Of a stretch of 50,335 nt of DNA, positions 26,798 to 36,799 are shown one piece after another. Origin of the DNA: a virus (Duplodnaviria > Caudoviricetes); IMG/VR virus record IMGVR_UViG_3300042470_000725, positions 1 through 50,335 of that record; one strand, 5' to 3'. The number at the start of each line of letters is the position of its first letter. Position 1 is the stretch's first letter. Both the position numbers and the translations under genes were made by a program. Below the pieces are notes generated by a model. It did not search any database. It had not been told where the DNA came from and saw only the letters and a list, made by a program, of their open reading frames with translations.

Positions 26798-27186
26798 TGG
26801 ATACCGTCGTCGTCGCCTGCAAGCTCCCGCACGGGATGCACCTAGAAGTGCGCAACCCGGCGGGAATGGTCGAGAAGCGCGTCACCATCAATGGTGCGCG
26901 CCTCAAGACGTCCGCCACCGGGCGGGAGCTCAACACTCACGAGACGACCGACGACTTTGGGAAGGGCTACGGCCTGACCTTCAACGTCCCGGCCGACTTT
27001 TGGGCGCGCTGGTCCAAGGAAAATGCGGACTATCCGCCGTTCGCCCGGGGCTTCATTTTCGCGCAAGACAACCCCGTGGAAGCCAAGGCGCAAGCTCGGG
27101 AAATGTCCGATCTGCAAACCGGCTTTGAGCCCCTGTCGCAGTCGAAGCTTCCGGGCGGCCTGTCGAAGTTTGATCCGAAGAATTAG
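26797..27186 (+). CDS. Conserved phage protein downstream of the capsid gene
   Basis: VVVACKLPHG...YGLTFNVPADFW...TGFEPL; TAATG coupling. Confidence 0.8.
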   Translation: MDTVVVACKLPHGMHLEVRNPAGMVEKRVTINGARLKTSATGRELNTHETTDDFGKGYGLTFNVPADFWARWSKENADYPPFARGFIFAQDNPVEAKAQAREMSDLQTGFEPLSQSKLPGGLSKFDPKN

Positions 27187-27191
27187 CCCGG

Positions 27192-27617
27192 ATGACCGTC
27201 GCCGTCTTCTCTTACGCGGGATGGGCGGCGCGGTACCCGGAGCTCGTCACGGCGACACCCGAACCGCTCGCCGTTGAGCTCTTCGCCGAAGCCGCCTTGT
27301 ATCTGGACAACACGGACGGCTCGCCCGTTTTGGCGGACGCCGTCACCTATCAGCCCCGGCTCTTGCTCTTGGGAATGCTGGTCGCGCACCTAGCCGCGTT
27401 GCGCTCCCCGGACCGCGCCGGCATGGTCGGCCGCATCGCCAGCGCCGGGCAAGGCAGCGTGAACGTATCGGCCGCCATGGACGGGCAAACCCCGAACGCC
27501 GCTTGGTATCAGCAAACCCAATACGGGGCTAACTACTGGACCGCCACGGCGCGCTACAGGACCGCGCGCTTTATCCAGCCGGCCGCCAGCGTGACCGTCC
27601 CGCCATGGCTACGATAA
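27192..27617 (+). CDS. Head-tail adaptor (DUF4054-type)
   Basis: RYPEL, LVAHL, GRIASAGQGSV, WYQQTQYG. Confidence 0.85.
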   Translation: MTVAVFSYAGWAARYPELVTATPEPLAVELFAEAALYLDNTDGSPVLADAVTYQPRLLLLGMLVAHLAALRSPDRAGMVGRIASAGQGSVNVSAAMDGQTPNAAWYQQTQYGANYWTATARYRTARFIQPAASVTVPPWLR

Positions 27618-28129
27618 GCGGCGGCGAGAAGCTGCAGGACGCCCTCCGGGACATTGCGAAGCGCTTTGGCGTCAAGGGCGCGCTTAAGGTCGGCTTCCTT
27701 GAAGGGTCGACATATCCGGACGGGACGAGCGTCCCGACCATCGCCGCGATTCAGAATTTCGGCGCACCGTCCAAGGGCATCCCGCCCCGGCCATTCTTCA
27801 GCAACATGGTCGCGGAAAAGTCGCCCGCGTGGCCCGAAGCCGTCGGTAAGATCCTGCAGGCCAACGGCGGCGACGGGGCGGCGGCTCTCGAGCTCATGGG
27901 CGAAGGGATCAAGGGGCAACTGCAGGCAGCGATCGTCGAAGGCAATTACGCGCCTAACAGCCCCGTGACCAACCTTCTCAAGTATCGCTTCCCCATGGGC
28001 GGGCAGAGCTTTCAAGACGTGCTGGACGCGCGCCGGGACGTGGCGAACGGCGAAAGCGCGCCGGCCGGCAAGCCGCTTGTCCATACTTCGAATCTGCTCA
28101 ATAGCGTCGACTATGAGGTTGGCGAATGA
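27605..28129 (+). CDS. Neck / tail completion protein
   Basis: VGFLEG, FGAP..IPPRPFF, KPLVHT. Confidence 0.8.
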   Translation: MATISGGEKLQDALRDIAKRFGVKGALKVGFLEGSTYPDGTSVPTIAAIQNFGAPSKGIPPRPFFSNMVAEKSPAWPEAVGKILQANGGDGAAALELMGEGIKGQLQAAIVEGNYAPNSPVTNLLKYRFPMGGQSFQDVLDARRDVANGESAPAGKPLVHTSNLLNSVDYEVGE

Positions 28130-28515
28130 ATCTCAACGCCCTCGCCGCCGGCCTAGCGCGGGCCGTCAACGCCCCTAACGAAGCGATCCTTTGGGTCGGT
28201 ACCGGACTTTACAACGTGAGCCCTGACGGCGTCCGTACGCCCCGTTGGGCGGCGCAATACCCGGTCACGATTGACGTGCAGGAAGCGACGTCGAAGGACC
28301 TTAAGCAACTGGACGGGCTCAACGTGCAGGGCGTTACGAGCGTCGCGTATGTCAACGGCACGCTGGACGCCGTGAGCCGCGTTCGTCGCAAAGGCGGGGA
28401 TATGATCACGCTGCAGGACAGTGGCGAGACCTATCTTGTGGCGATCGTGCTTGAACAATGGGCCGGCTGGTGCAAGGTCGGAATCACGCTGCAGCTCGAG
28501 CCGCCGAACGCATGA
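28126..28515 (+). CDS. Head closure / neck protein
   Basis: Position in the neck cluster; LDGLNVQG, KGGD, EQWAGW. Confidence 0.7.
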   Translation: MNLNALAAGLARAVNAPNEAILWVGTGLYNVSPDGVRTPRWAAQYPVTIDVQEATSKDLKQLDGLNVQGVTSVAYVNGTLDAVSRVRRKGGDMITLQDSGETYLVAIVLEQWAGWCKVGITLQLEPPNA

Positions 28516-29036
28516 CCCCGACCGTTACCGACGTCCAGATTTTTACGGCCGTTCGCGCGCTCTTGCTCGCGATCGTCCCGGACGGCGTCGAAGTGTTCCG
28601 GGGCGAAGTCAATCGCGTTCCGGAGCCAATCGGGCCTAACTTCGTCATCCTCACCGCCCGGACCCGCGTCCGGCTGTCGACGCCTGTCGAAAGCTGGACC
28701 GGCCGTGCGCCCGTCGGCCTCGCGGTCGAAACGTCTTTTGACGTCACCGTACAGGTCGACGTGCACGGCCCCCTGTCCGCCGATATCGCCAGCGTGATCG
28801 TCGGGGCCCTGCATAGCTCATGGGCATTCGATACGCTGGCGGCGCAAGATCCGGCCGTGCTCGCGCCGCTCTACTGCGGCGACCCGCAATCCATGCCGTT
28901 CGTTGGCGAGACGCAGCAAACGGAATGGCGCTACGTGATTGACGCGCACTTTGAAGCGAAGCCCGCGCTATCGACACCCGCACAATTTGCCGATACCCTC
29001 GCCGCTCAAGTCGTCATGGCTGATTCAGGACCCTAA
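28512..29036 (+). CDS. Tail terminator / completion protein
   Basis: Directly before the sheath; NRVPEP, VQVDVHG, PLYC. Confidence 0.7.
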   Translation: MTPTVTDVQIFTAVRALLLAIVPDGVEVFRGEVNRVPEPIGPNFVILTARTRVRLSTPVESWTGRAPVGLAVETSFDVTVQVDVHGPLSADIASVIVGALHSSWAFDTLAAQDPAVLAPLYCGDPQSMPFVGETQQTEWRYVIDAHFEAKPALSTPAQFADTLAAQVVMADSGP

Positions 29037-29039
29037 CCC

Positions 29040-30959
29040 ATGCCCGCAATCCCCGCGTCCGCGATCGTCAATGTCAACCCGGGGGTCATTTCGGCCGGCG
29101 GCTCGGCTCTCGATCTGTCCGGCCTGTTGCTCACCGCCAGCACGCAACCGCCAATCGGGTCGGTCCTGTCCTTCTCTTCGGCTCTCGACGTCGCGGCATA
29201 CTTCGGCGGGTCCAGTGCGGAAGCGGCGCAAGCGGCCGTCTATTTCGACGGGTACGACAACAGCACCGTAAAGCCGGCCGCCCTTCTCATCGCCCAATAT
29301 CCGACCAACCCGCTAGGGGTCGCCCCCTACGTCCGGGGCGGGTCGCTGGCAAGCATGACCCTTGCGCAGCTCAACGCCCTCGGGACAGGCACGATCACGC
29401 TTGCCGTCAACGGCGTGTCGGTAACGTCCGGGTCGATCGACCTTAGCGCCGTGTCGTCCTTCTCCGCAGCGGCGACCGCGATCCAGACCGCGCTCGCGTC
29501 TTACGCAGCCGTGACCACCGCCGCTATTACAAACACGAATAGCCTTTCCGTCACGGCGTCCATCAGCGGCGAGATCATGACGGTTACGGCCGTTGGCGCG
29601 GGCAACGTCCGCAACGGGACGATCATCGCGGGAACGGGCGTCACCGCCGGCACGCGGGTCATTAGCCAGATCTCCGGCACGGCGAACCAAGTCGGGACCT
29701 ACCGGGTCAGCGTTGCGCAGACTGTCGCCAGCACCACGATTACCGGGTCGGTCGGGACGATGACCGTGACCGCCGTCGCGTCCGGTACGCTCGCGGTCGG
29801 TCAAGTCATCTCCGGGACAGGCGTCACCGCCGGAACCTTCATCACCGGCCTTGGGACCGGCACGGGGGGCACCGGAACCTACTTCGTCAGCCCGGGGCAA
29901 AACGCTTCGTCGACCACCATCAGCGCCGGCCCGCTCGCCTGCACATACGACAGTGTTTCCAGCGCGTTCGTCATCACCGGGGGCACCCCCGGCACTGTCG
30001 GAACCATCACGTACGCTTCCAGCGCTCTGTCGACGTCCCTGAAGCTCACGGCGGCGACCGGCGCGACCTTGTCGCAAGGCGCGCCCGAAGGCGTCCCGTC
30101 GACCAATCTGGACGCGCTTATCGCCACCACTCAGAATTGGGCGTCGTTCACTACCGCCTTCGAACCGTCCATCACCGACAAGCTTCTGTTTGCGGCTTGG
30201 ACGAACGCCCAAGATGACCGCTTCGTTTACGTCCTTTGGGACACCGACGCTCTAGCGATCACGAACAGCGCGCTTTGCGCCGGCCGCCAGATTGCCGCCG
30301 CCGGGTACGCCGGAACCGCGCCGGTCTACAGCCCGACCGATCAATACCTTGGCGCGCTGGTCATGGGATTCATCGCGTCGCTGGACTTCGCCCGGGCCAA
30401 CGCTCGCGCGACTCTTGCCTTCCGCTCGCAGGCGGGCATGACCGCCAGCGTGACGAGCTCCACCGTTGCGGAGCAACTTATCGCGAACGGCTATAACTTC
30501 TACGGGGCCTACGCGACGGCCAACGACGAGTTTGTCTTCCTGTACCCCGGGTCGGTCTCCGGCGACTTCTTGTGGCTAGACAGCTACGTGAACCAAATTT
30601 GGCTCAACAACAGCCTGCAGCTCGCGCTCATGACGCTGCTTACCGGAACGCCGTCGATTCCCTACAATGCGGAAGGCTACGCCCTTATTGAGGCGGCTGC
30701 GCTGGACCCAATCAACGCGGCCCTTTTGTTCGGCGCAATTCGCCCCGGCGTGACCCTGTCCGCGCAACAGGCCGCGACCATCAACAATGTCGCCGGCTTT
30801 GACGCCGCGCCGATCGTGTCGGCCCGGGGCTGGTACTTCCTTGTTCAAGACGCCAGCCCGTCCGTCCGTGCCGCCCGTGAATCGCCGCCCTGTACGCTCT
30901 GGTACGCGGACGGGCAGAGCGTCCAGAAGATCACTCTCGCCAGCCTGCAGGTGCAATAA
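29040..30959 (+). CDS. Contractile tail sheath (DUF3383-type) with inserted beta modules
   Basis: IPASAIVNVNPGV, NWASF, GYNFYG, WLDSY, SIPYN, WYADGQSVQ. Confidence 0.9.
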   Translation: MPAIPASAIVNVNPGVISAGGSALDLSGLLLTASTQPPIGSVLSFSSALDVAAYFGGSSAEAAQAAVYFDGYDNSTVKPAALLIAQYPTNPLGVAPYVRGGSLASMTLAQLNALGTGTITLAVNGVSVTSGSIDLSAVSSFSAAATAIQTALASYAAVTTAAITNTNSLSVTASISGEIMTVTAVGAGNVRNGTIIAGTGVTAGTRVISQISGTANQVGTYRVSVAQTVASTTITGSVGTMTVTAVASGTLAVGQVISGTGVTAGTFITGLGTGTGGTGTYFVSPGQNASSTTISAGPLACTYDSVSSAFVITGGTPGTVGTITYASSALSTSLKLTAATGATLSQGAPEGVPSTNLDALIATTQNWASFTTAFEPSITDKLLFAAWTNAQDDRFVYVLWDTDALAITNSALCAGRQIAAAGYAGTAPVYSPTDQYLGALVMGFIASLDFARANARATLAFRSQAGMTASVTSSTVAEQLIANGYNFYGAYATANDEFVFLYPGSVSGDFLWLDSYVNQIWLNNSLQLALMTLLTGTPSIPYNAEGYALIEAAALDPINAALLFGAIRPGVTLSAQQAATINNVAGFDAAPIVSARGWYFLVQDASPSVRAARESPPCTLWYADGQSVQKITLASLQVQ

Positions 30960-31399
30960 TGGCCCGTCTGCGTACACTCACGGCGGCTAACGCCATTCTG
31001 TTGCTGTCCGTGACGGGGCTTTACGTCACGCCCCAACGGATCCAAGGCTTCTCGACTGACGACGCGTTCGACGTCGACACTGTCGAAGGCGCGGAAACCA
31101 TGATGGGCGTCGACGGCCTGCTGTCCGGGGGCTACGTCCCCAAGGAACGCAAGATGACCGTCACGCTGCAGGCGGACAGCCTCAGCAATGACTTTTTCGA
31201 CAATTGGGTTTCGGCTCAAGACGTCGTTCGCGAGCTCTATATCGCCAACGGGTCGATCGCGATTCCGTCGCTGTCCAAGAAGTACACGCTTACGCGGGGC
31301 ATCCTGTCCAGCTACAAGCCCCTCGCCGGCGTCAAAAAGACCCTGCAGGCCCGGCCCTTCGTCATCACTTGGCAAGCCGTCCAGCCGGCTCCGTTCTAA
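30959..31399 (+). CDS. Tail tube protein
   Basis: Follows the sheath; QGFSTDDAF, MGVDG.LSGG, TLQADS. Confidence 0.85.
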   Translation: MARLRTLTAANAILLLSVTGLYVTPQRIQGFSTDDAFDVDTVEGAETMMGVDGLLSGGYVPKERKMTVTLQADSLSNDFFDNWVSAQDVVRELYIANGSIAIPSLSKKYTLTRGILSSYKPLAGVKKTLQARPFVITWQAVQPAPF

Positions 31400-31854
31400 T
31401 GGCCCGGCGCACCGCAACCGTCACCGTGACCGCCCCGGGGCGCGATCAAGGCAAGGTGTTTGAGCTCACGGAAATGAGCGCAGCGCAGGCCGAAGATTGG
31501 GCGCTCCGGGCGTTTCTCGCGCTGGCGAGATCCGGCGTTGAGATTCCGGAAGACGTCGAAGCGTCCGGCTTTGCGGGCATCGCGTCGCTAGGTCTCCGGG
31601 CCTTCGGCGGCATGACCCACGCCGACGCCAAGCCGCTCATGGACGAAATGTTTTCGAGCTGCGTCCAGCACGTCCCGGACGCCCGTAACCCGCTCGTGCG
31701 GCGCGGGCTGGTCGATGACGACACGGAAGAAGTCGGGACGCGGCTTTGGCTTCGCGGCGAAGTGCTCAAGTTACACGTGGATTTTTCCGTGGTCGCAGCC
31801 CTCTTGAGCTCGAGGACGGCGGCGACCGGGTCGGACGCTTCGCCCCTTACGTAA
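31399..31854 (+). CDS. Tail assembly chaperone
   Basis: Between tube and tape measure; GRDQGKVFELTEMSA; slippery GGATTTT near the end. Confidence 0.8.
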   Translation: MARRTATVTVTAPGRDQGKVFELTEMSAAQAEDWALRAFLALARSGVEIPEDVEASGFAGIASLGLRAFGGMTHADAKPLMDEMFSSCVQHVPDARNPLVRRGLVDDDTEEVGTRLWLRGEVLKLHVDFSVVAALLSSRTAATGSDASPLT

Positions 31855-32009
31855 ACGTACCGGGGCTTATCGCCGTCGTTGTTTCGAGCCGCCTCGCGAC
31901 GCTGCACGAGCTGCAGACGATTTACGGGCTTCAAGATGCGTACGATCTGTTAGAGATTATTCGCGTCGACGGGTACAACGCGCGGGTCTCAAATGCCGAC
32001 GATAATTGA
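31779..32009 (+). CDS. -1 frameshift extension of the tail chaperone (gpGT analogue)
   Basis: G_GAT_TTT at 31779-31785 leads into an open -1 frame encoding LATLHELQTIYGLQDAYDLLEI. Confidence 0.7.
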   Translation, partial: GFFRGRSPLELEDGGDRVGRFAPYVNVPGLIAVVVSSRLATLHELQTIYGLQDAYDLLEIIRVDGYNARVSNADDN

Positions 32010-33642
32010 CAGCCTGATAGTCACGCTTCGGCTTGACGGGGGCAATTTCGAGAAAGAAGCCTCGCGGCTGGACGCCACGGAACGCAAGGTCCGTGACGGC
32101 GCGCAAAAGCGCGGGCAGGCGATCGAAGAGAGCCAAAAGCGCCAACGCGAAAGCTTCTCGCAGCTCACAAAAGCGACGCTCGCCTATGGGGCCGCGTTCC
32201 TTGGCCTTGGGTCCGTTACCGGCTTCGTCAAAAACATAATCAACGGCGATGCGTCCATCGGCCGCCTGTCCCGCCAGATTGGCGAGTCGACCGAAGAGAT
32301 TAGCGCTTGGGGCGGCGTGCTCCGGGGCGCGGGCGGCACGGCCGAACAAGCCGCGTCCGATCTATCCCTACTGCGCAATAGCTTTGAGGATATTCGGCTA
32401 ACCGGCCAATCGCAGCTTATCCCGTTCTTCAATCTGTTAGGGCTTTCGCTTAAGGATCTGGACGACCCGGGCGAAGCGCTCTTGCAGATCGCGGACAAAT
32501 TCGCGGGCATGGACCCGACGCAGGCCGCCGCGATCGGCCGGCAAATGGGCTTCAGCCCGGCCATGGTTTCGACGCTCGTAAAGGGCCGGGCCGCGACCGA
32601 AGAGCTCCTTAACGCCCAATACCGGCTAGGCGTGACCACAAAACAGGCCGCCGCCGACGCCGAAGAGCTGCAGCGCGCGCAAGCCGATCTGATCACCCTG
32701 CTTGGCGGGTTTGCCCGGACCATCAATAAAGACGTCGTTCCGGCCGCTACGGCGGTCGGAAAAGTGCTGCAGGCGATCGCGCAGGATCAAAGCTTCCGCG
32801 CCTTCATGTCGGCCGCGAAGGACGCCACGCTCGCGCTATTCAGCGTCGCAAAACCCGTCTTTACGGTCCTATTCGGGCTCATACAGTCTGTTGCCCGGCT
32901 TCTGTCCGGAGATTTCAGCGGCGCTTGGAAGTCCGTTAAGAATACCGTCGTCGACGTCGTCAAATCGCTAGAGTCGGCGTGGACCAACGGCACGCGGGCG
33001 GCGGTCAAATTCTGGCGGGCGGCGCGCGGGCTGGACCCGGAGTCGACGGGCGGCACGCCGCAAGCCCCCGGTCCGGCCGGCGCGAGCCCCCAAGGGCCCG
33101 GCGGCGCGGAACGCTTCGGGCATATCGTCAAATTTTTCACCGATCGCGGCTATTCGCAGGACGTGGCCCGGGGCATCGCGGCGGGCATTTATGCGGAATC
33201 CAAAGGCGACCCAAAAGCGATAAACCCGACAAGCGGCGCGTACGGCGTCGGGCAATGGCTAGGGTCACGGCAGCGCAAGCTTTTTGAAAAGTACGGGTCG
33301 GACCCGACGCTTTTCCAGCAACTCGAATTTATGGATTACGAGCTCCGGGGCGGCGACCATGGCGGGGCGGCGGTCCGGGGCGCGCGAGGCGAGCGGGCCG
33401 CACTGGACGCCTATATCCGGCGCTTCATGCGTCCCGCGCAAGGCGCGGAAACGTCCGGCGACTTGCAGCGCGGTCAAGCGGCCCTGCAGCGTTACCGGCC
33501 GATTAGCAACGTCGGCGGCGCAAGCGTGACCATCGGGGCCCTGCACGTGCACACCGCCGCCACGGACGCCCGGGGCATCGCTACGGGCATTTCCCGCGAG
33601 CTGGCGGTAGTCGTCCCGCAAGCCAATCTAGGGCTCGTGTAA
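31993..33642 (+). CDS. Tape measure protein with C-terminal phage tail lysozyme domain
   Basis: IIDSLIVTL start, long helical region, GIYAES...GAYGVGQWLGSR. Confidence 0.88.
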   Translation: MPTIIDSLIVTLRLDGGNFEKEASRLDATERKVRDGAQKRGQAIEESQKRQRESFSQLTKATLAYGAAFLGLGSVTGFVKNIINGDASIGRLSRQIGESTEEISAWGGVLRGAGGTAEQAASDLSLLRNSFEDIRLTGQSQLIPFFNLLGLSLKDLDDPGEALLQIADKFAGMDPTQAAAIGRQMGFSPAMVSTLVKGRAATEELLNAQYRLGVTTKQAAADAEELQRAQADLITLLGGFARTINKDVVPAATAVGKVLQAIAQDQSFRAFMSAAKDATLALFSVAKPVFTVLFGLIQSVARLLSGDFSGAWKSVKNTVVDVVKSLESAWTNGTRAAVKFWRAARGLDPESTGGTPQAPGPAGASPQGPGGAERFGHIVKFFTDRGYSQDVARGIAAGIYAESKGDPKAINPTSGAYGVGQWLGSRQRKLFEKYGSDPTLFQQLEFMDYELRGGDHGGAAVRGARGERAALDAYIRRFMRPAQGAETSGDLQRGQAALQRYRPISNVGGASVTIGALHVHTAATDARGIATGISRELAVVVPQANLGLV

Positions 33643-34559
33643 TGCCTCAATCCATCGTCACGGTTCCGCTGTTCCCTAACGTGCCCAACGTCCCCGGCGT
33701 GCCCCCGCTGGTACGGTCTGCGGAGGGGGCAAGCAACGTGCTCACCGGCACGCTGCAGGGCGTCCGGGACGCCGCCAGCGGGCAGTTTACCGGGGCCCTG
33801 CAGGGCGTGCTCCTGCTGTCCAACGGGCAAGCGGGGGCCGTGCTCGGGACGCTACGGGGCGTTTTGGACGGGTCGAACAATCTGACGGCCCTTCTGTCCG
33901 GGGGCGTCGCCGGGCAAGCCATCGGGACGTTTGCGGGGGCGATCGGCGCGGCCGGCCAACTCTCCGGAACCATCAACACGCTTCTAAGCCAAGTGACCGG
34001 CACGCTTGGCGCATCGGACGGCGCGTCCGTGGCGGCGCAGGCCGAACCGTTTAGGTGGGGAATCTTCAAGGCGGCCCTTAACGCCCCCGTCGTGGTCGCG
34101 GACAGCGTCGAAGCCTTCGAAGAGCAAAAAGAATACAGGGTCATAGACTACCCGCTCGAGGACGGGGCTTTTGAGTCATACAACAAGGTTGAGGTTCCCC
34201 AAGAGATCCGTTTTACCTTCAAAAAGTCCGGGACGATTGCGGAGCGCAGCGCGTTTCTGACAACGGTCGACAACGCGCTAAAGTCTCTGGATCTGTACGA
34301 CGCGGTCACGCCGGAAGCGACGTACCTCGATATCAGCCTAGTCCGACGCGAAATGAGGCGCACCGCCGAAAAGGGCGCGCAAATGCTCACAGTCGACGTT
34401 GTGGCCCGTCAAGTGCGCAACACGGCCGTAACCACGTTTACGAGCTCGAAAGCCCCTAGCGCCGCCGCTACGGCTAACAGCGGGCCCGTCCAGCCCGGGC
34501 CGGCCCCCGCTAGCGCGCCGGATCCGGCCGCGTTCGTTCCATCCCCGGGGGTCGCCTAA
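33642..34559 (+). CDS. Baseplate / tube initiator (Dit-like) protein
   Basis: FPNVPNVPGVP, DYPLEDGAFESYNKV. Confidence 0.75.
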   Translation: MPQSIVTVPLFPNVPNVPGVPPLVRSAEGASNVLTGTLQGVRDAASGQFTGALQGVLLLSNGQAGAVLGTLRGVLDGSNNLTALLSGGVAGQAIGTFAGAIGAAGQLSGTINTLLSQVTGTLGASDGASVAAQAEPFRWGIFKAALNAPVVVADSVEAFEEQKEYRVIDYPLEDGAFESYNKVEVPQEIRFTFKKSGTIAERSAFLTTVDNALKSLDLYDAVTPEATYLDISLVRREMRRTAEKGAQMLTVDVVARQVRNTAVTTFTSSKAPSAAATANSGPVQPGPAPASAPDPAAFVPSPGVA

Positions 34560-34843
34560 TGCTCACCGTTCCGCTGCAGGCCGTCCCGTCCCAAACGCTG
34601 GCGATTTCGCTAGGGGACCAACCGTGCAAGATTGACGTCGTGACCCGGGGTGACGGGCTATATGTTAACCTGTACGTCAACGACGCGCTTGTTATCGGCG
34701 GCGTGGCGGCCCGTAACCGCGTGCGCGTGGTGATCGACGCCTATCTAGGCTTTATCGGCGACTTGTCGTGGCTAGACACCCAAGGCGACGAAGATCCGAC
34801 CTACGACGGCCTCGGGTCGCGCTGGCAACTGGTATACCTATGA
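34559..34843 (+). CDS. Baseplate small protein
   Basis: VPLQAVPSQ...DTQGDEDP.YDGLGSRWQL. Confidence 0.75.
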   Translation: MLTVPLQAVPSQTLAISLGDQPCKIDVVTRGDGLYVNLYVNDALVIGGVAARNRVRVVIDAYLGFIGDLSWLDTQGDEDPTYDGLGSRWQLVYL

Positions 34844-35718
34844 CGTTTCTACGCCGCGAGATCGACGTTAAATTCCAGCTTGGCAAAGGCAACTTTGGGC
34901 AAGACGGCGTCGATACTGTCGAAATTACGGGGCTTCGCGTCGCCGCCAGTATCCAGAAAAACGGCGGCGTGTCCCTCTCCCGGGCGTCAATCAAGATCTA
35001 CGGCTTGACCCTGTCGACCATGAATCAGCTCTCAACGCTCGGGAAGCCGCTGGTCGACGGCCGGAACAATACGGTCACGCTCACGGCTGGCGACGCCAAC
35101 GGGAAAAGCGTGGTTTTTTCCGGGACGATCACAGAAGCATGGGTGGACGGCACGAACGCGCCCGAAGTCGCCTTGCTGGTCGAAGCTTTCGGCGGCCTTC
35201 TGGACGCGCTGCGCCCCCTTCCGGCGACAAGCTTTCAGGGTAGCGTCGACGCCGCGACGATTGTCGCCGGCCTTGCGCAGCAAATGGGTTACGGGTTCGA
35301 GAATGGCGGCGTCGAAGGCGTCATCCTTACAAACCCTAACTATCCGGGAACCGGCCGGCAACAGCTCGAAAGCGTGGCGCGTGACGGCGGTTTCAACTTC
35401 TTCATCGACGACGTCCTAAACGCGGTCGCGATATGGCCCCGGGACGGCGTGCGCGGCGGGCAAATCCCCCTCATAAACGCCGCCACGGGCCTAGTCGGCT
35501 TCCCGACGCATACGGAAAACGGAATTCTGGTCACGTCTCTGTTTAACCCCGCCGTGATCTTTGGCCGCGCGATTCAGGTTGAAAGCGTGCTCACGCCGGC
35601 CGCCGGGCAATGGACCGTGTTTGCGGTCTCTCATGATCTGGAAAGCCTAGCTCCGGGCGGCGCGTGGTTTACGCGTGCGCAATGCACCGTCCTTGGGAGA
35701 ATCGCCCTTGCCAGCTAG
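34840..35718 (+). CDS. Baseplate hub protein
   Basis: IKIYGL, LTAGD, TGLVGFP, HDLES; ATGA coupling. Confidence 0.8.
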   Translation: MTFLRREIDVKFQLGKGNFGQDGVDTVEITGLRVAASIQKNGGVSLSRASIKIYGLTLSTMNQLSTLGKPLVDGRNNTVTLTAGDANGKSVVFSGTITEAWVDGTNAPEVALLVEAFGGLLDALRPLPATSFQGSVDAATIVAGLAQQMGYGFENGGVEGVILTNPNYPGTGRQQLESVARDGGFNFFIDDVLNAVAIWPRDGVRGGQIPLINAATGLVGFPTHTENGILVTSLFNPAVIFGRAIQVESVLTPAAGQWTVFAVSHDLESLAPGGAWFTRAQCTVLGRIALAS

Positions 35719-36424
35719 CGACAACTACAAAGGCGCGCAACAGCTCTCGAGCGCGACGGATACCGCTAACGCGCTGGACTTTGTCGTGCGCATGGTCATG
35801 GGGCAAATGGCGACGGCGACCGTGGTCAAGGTGCTTGCGGTCTCTAACGCGGGCGGCGTGTCGGCCGTCGGTACGGTCGACGTGCTCCCGCTCGTGGCGC
35901 AAATCGACGGGGCGGGCAATGCCACGCCGCACGCGCCTATCTACGGGCTCCCGTATATGCGCTTGCAGGGCGGGACGGACGCCGTGATTCTCGACCCAAA
36001 GGTTGACGACATAGGGCTAGCCGTCTTCGCCTCCCGCGACATAAGCGCAGTCAAGGCGACCAAAGCGGCGGCCAACCCGGGCAGCTTCCGGCAATTCAGC
36101 CTGTCCGACGGCCTGTATATCGGCGGGTTCCTCAATGGCGTCCCGACCCAATACGTGCGGTTTTACGCCGACGGGATCCAGATTGTCACGCCGGGCGACG
36201 TTGCGATACAGTCGGGGGGCGCTGTCACCGTTGAGGCCCCCACCGTGACCATTACAAGCCCGGATATCCAGCTAGAAGGCGCGGTCCATGTGACCGGCGC
36301 GCTTACGGGGGATAGCACCGCGACCTTTACCGGCGTCGTCACTGGCGACGGCCGTAGCCTCACCACGCACAAGCACACCGGCGTTACGGTCGGCGGCGGC
36401 ACTTCCGGCCCGGCGGTCCCATGA
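35708..36424 (+). CDS. Baseplate central spike (gp138/gpV-like)
   Basis: VDVLPLV, DPKVDDIGLAVFASRDIS, C-terminal HKH metal-binding motif. Start (TTG 35708) uncertain. Confidence 0.85.
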   Translation: MPASDNYKGAQQLSSATDTANALDFVVRMVMGQMATATVVKVLAVSNAGGVSAVGTVDVLPLVAQIDGAGNATPHAPIYGLPYMRLQGGTDAVILDPKVDDIGLAVFASRDISAVKATKAAANPGSFRQFSLSDGLYIGGFLNGVPTQYVRFYADGIQIVTPGDVAIQSGGAVTVEAPTVTITSPDIQLEGAVHVTGALTGDSTATFTGVVTGDGRSLTTHKHTGVTVGGGTSGPAVP

Positions 36425-36798
36425 ACAGCCTTCTCTTAGATCAAACGACGTGGGATCTTTGCCTAGACGCGGCGGGCGATATAGCCGTTGCGTCCGACCC
36501 GTACGCCATGGCGCAAGACGTCGCGTCGGCTATCCGCCTGTTCCTCGGGGAGGCGTGGTACGACACGGCCCTTGGCGTCCCGTATTTCGACCAAATTCTA
36601 GGCCACGCCCCGCCGGTCTCGCTCGTCAAGCAACAATTGACCCGGGCCGCCCTTACCGTCCCGGGCGTGGTCGCCGCGACCTGTACGCTCGCCTCAATTG
36701 CGGGCCGCCAGCTTACCGGCCAAGTGCGGGTTACAGACACCGCCGGGACCGTGCTATCTATCGCGTTCGCGGGCGGCTCAACGTCCATAGGGGGCTGA
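36421..36798 (+). CDS. Baseplate wedge (gp25-like) protein
   Basis: WDLCLD, FLGEAWYDTALGVPY. Confidence 0.8.
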   Translation: MNSLLLDQTTWDLCLDAAGDIAVASDPYAMAQDVASAIRLFLGEAWYDTALGVPYFDQILGHAPPVSLVKQQLTRAALTVPGVVAATCTLASIAGRQLTGQVRVTDTAGTVLSIAFAGGSTSIGG

Positions 36799-36799
36799 T

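Noticed and set aside
26780-26800. -1 frameshift extension of the major capsid protein at CTG GGG GTC
   Set aside because: Not a proper slippery heptamer; the next gene has a normal TAATG-coupled start.
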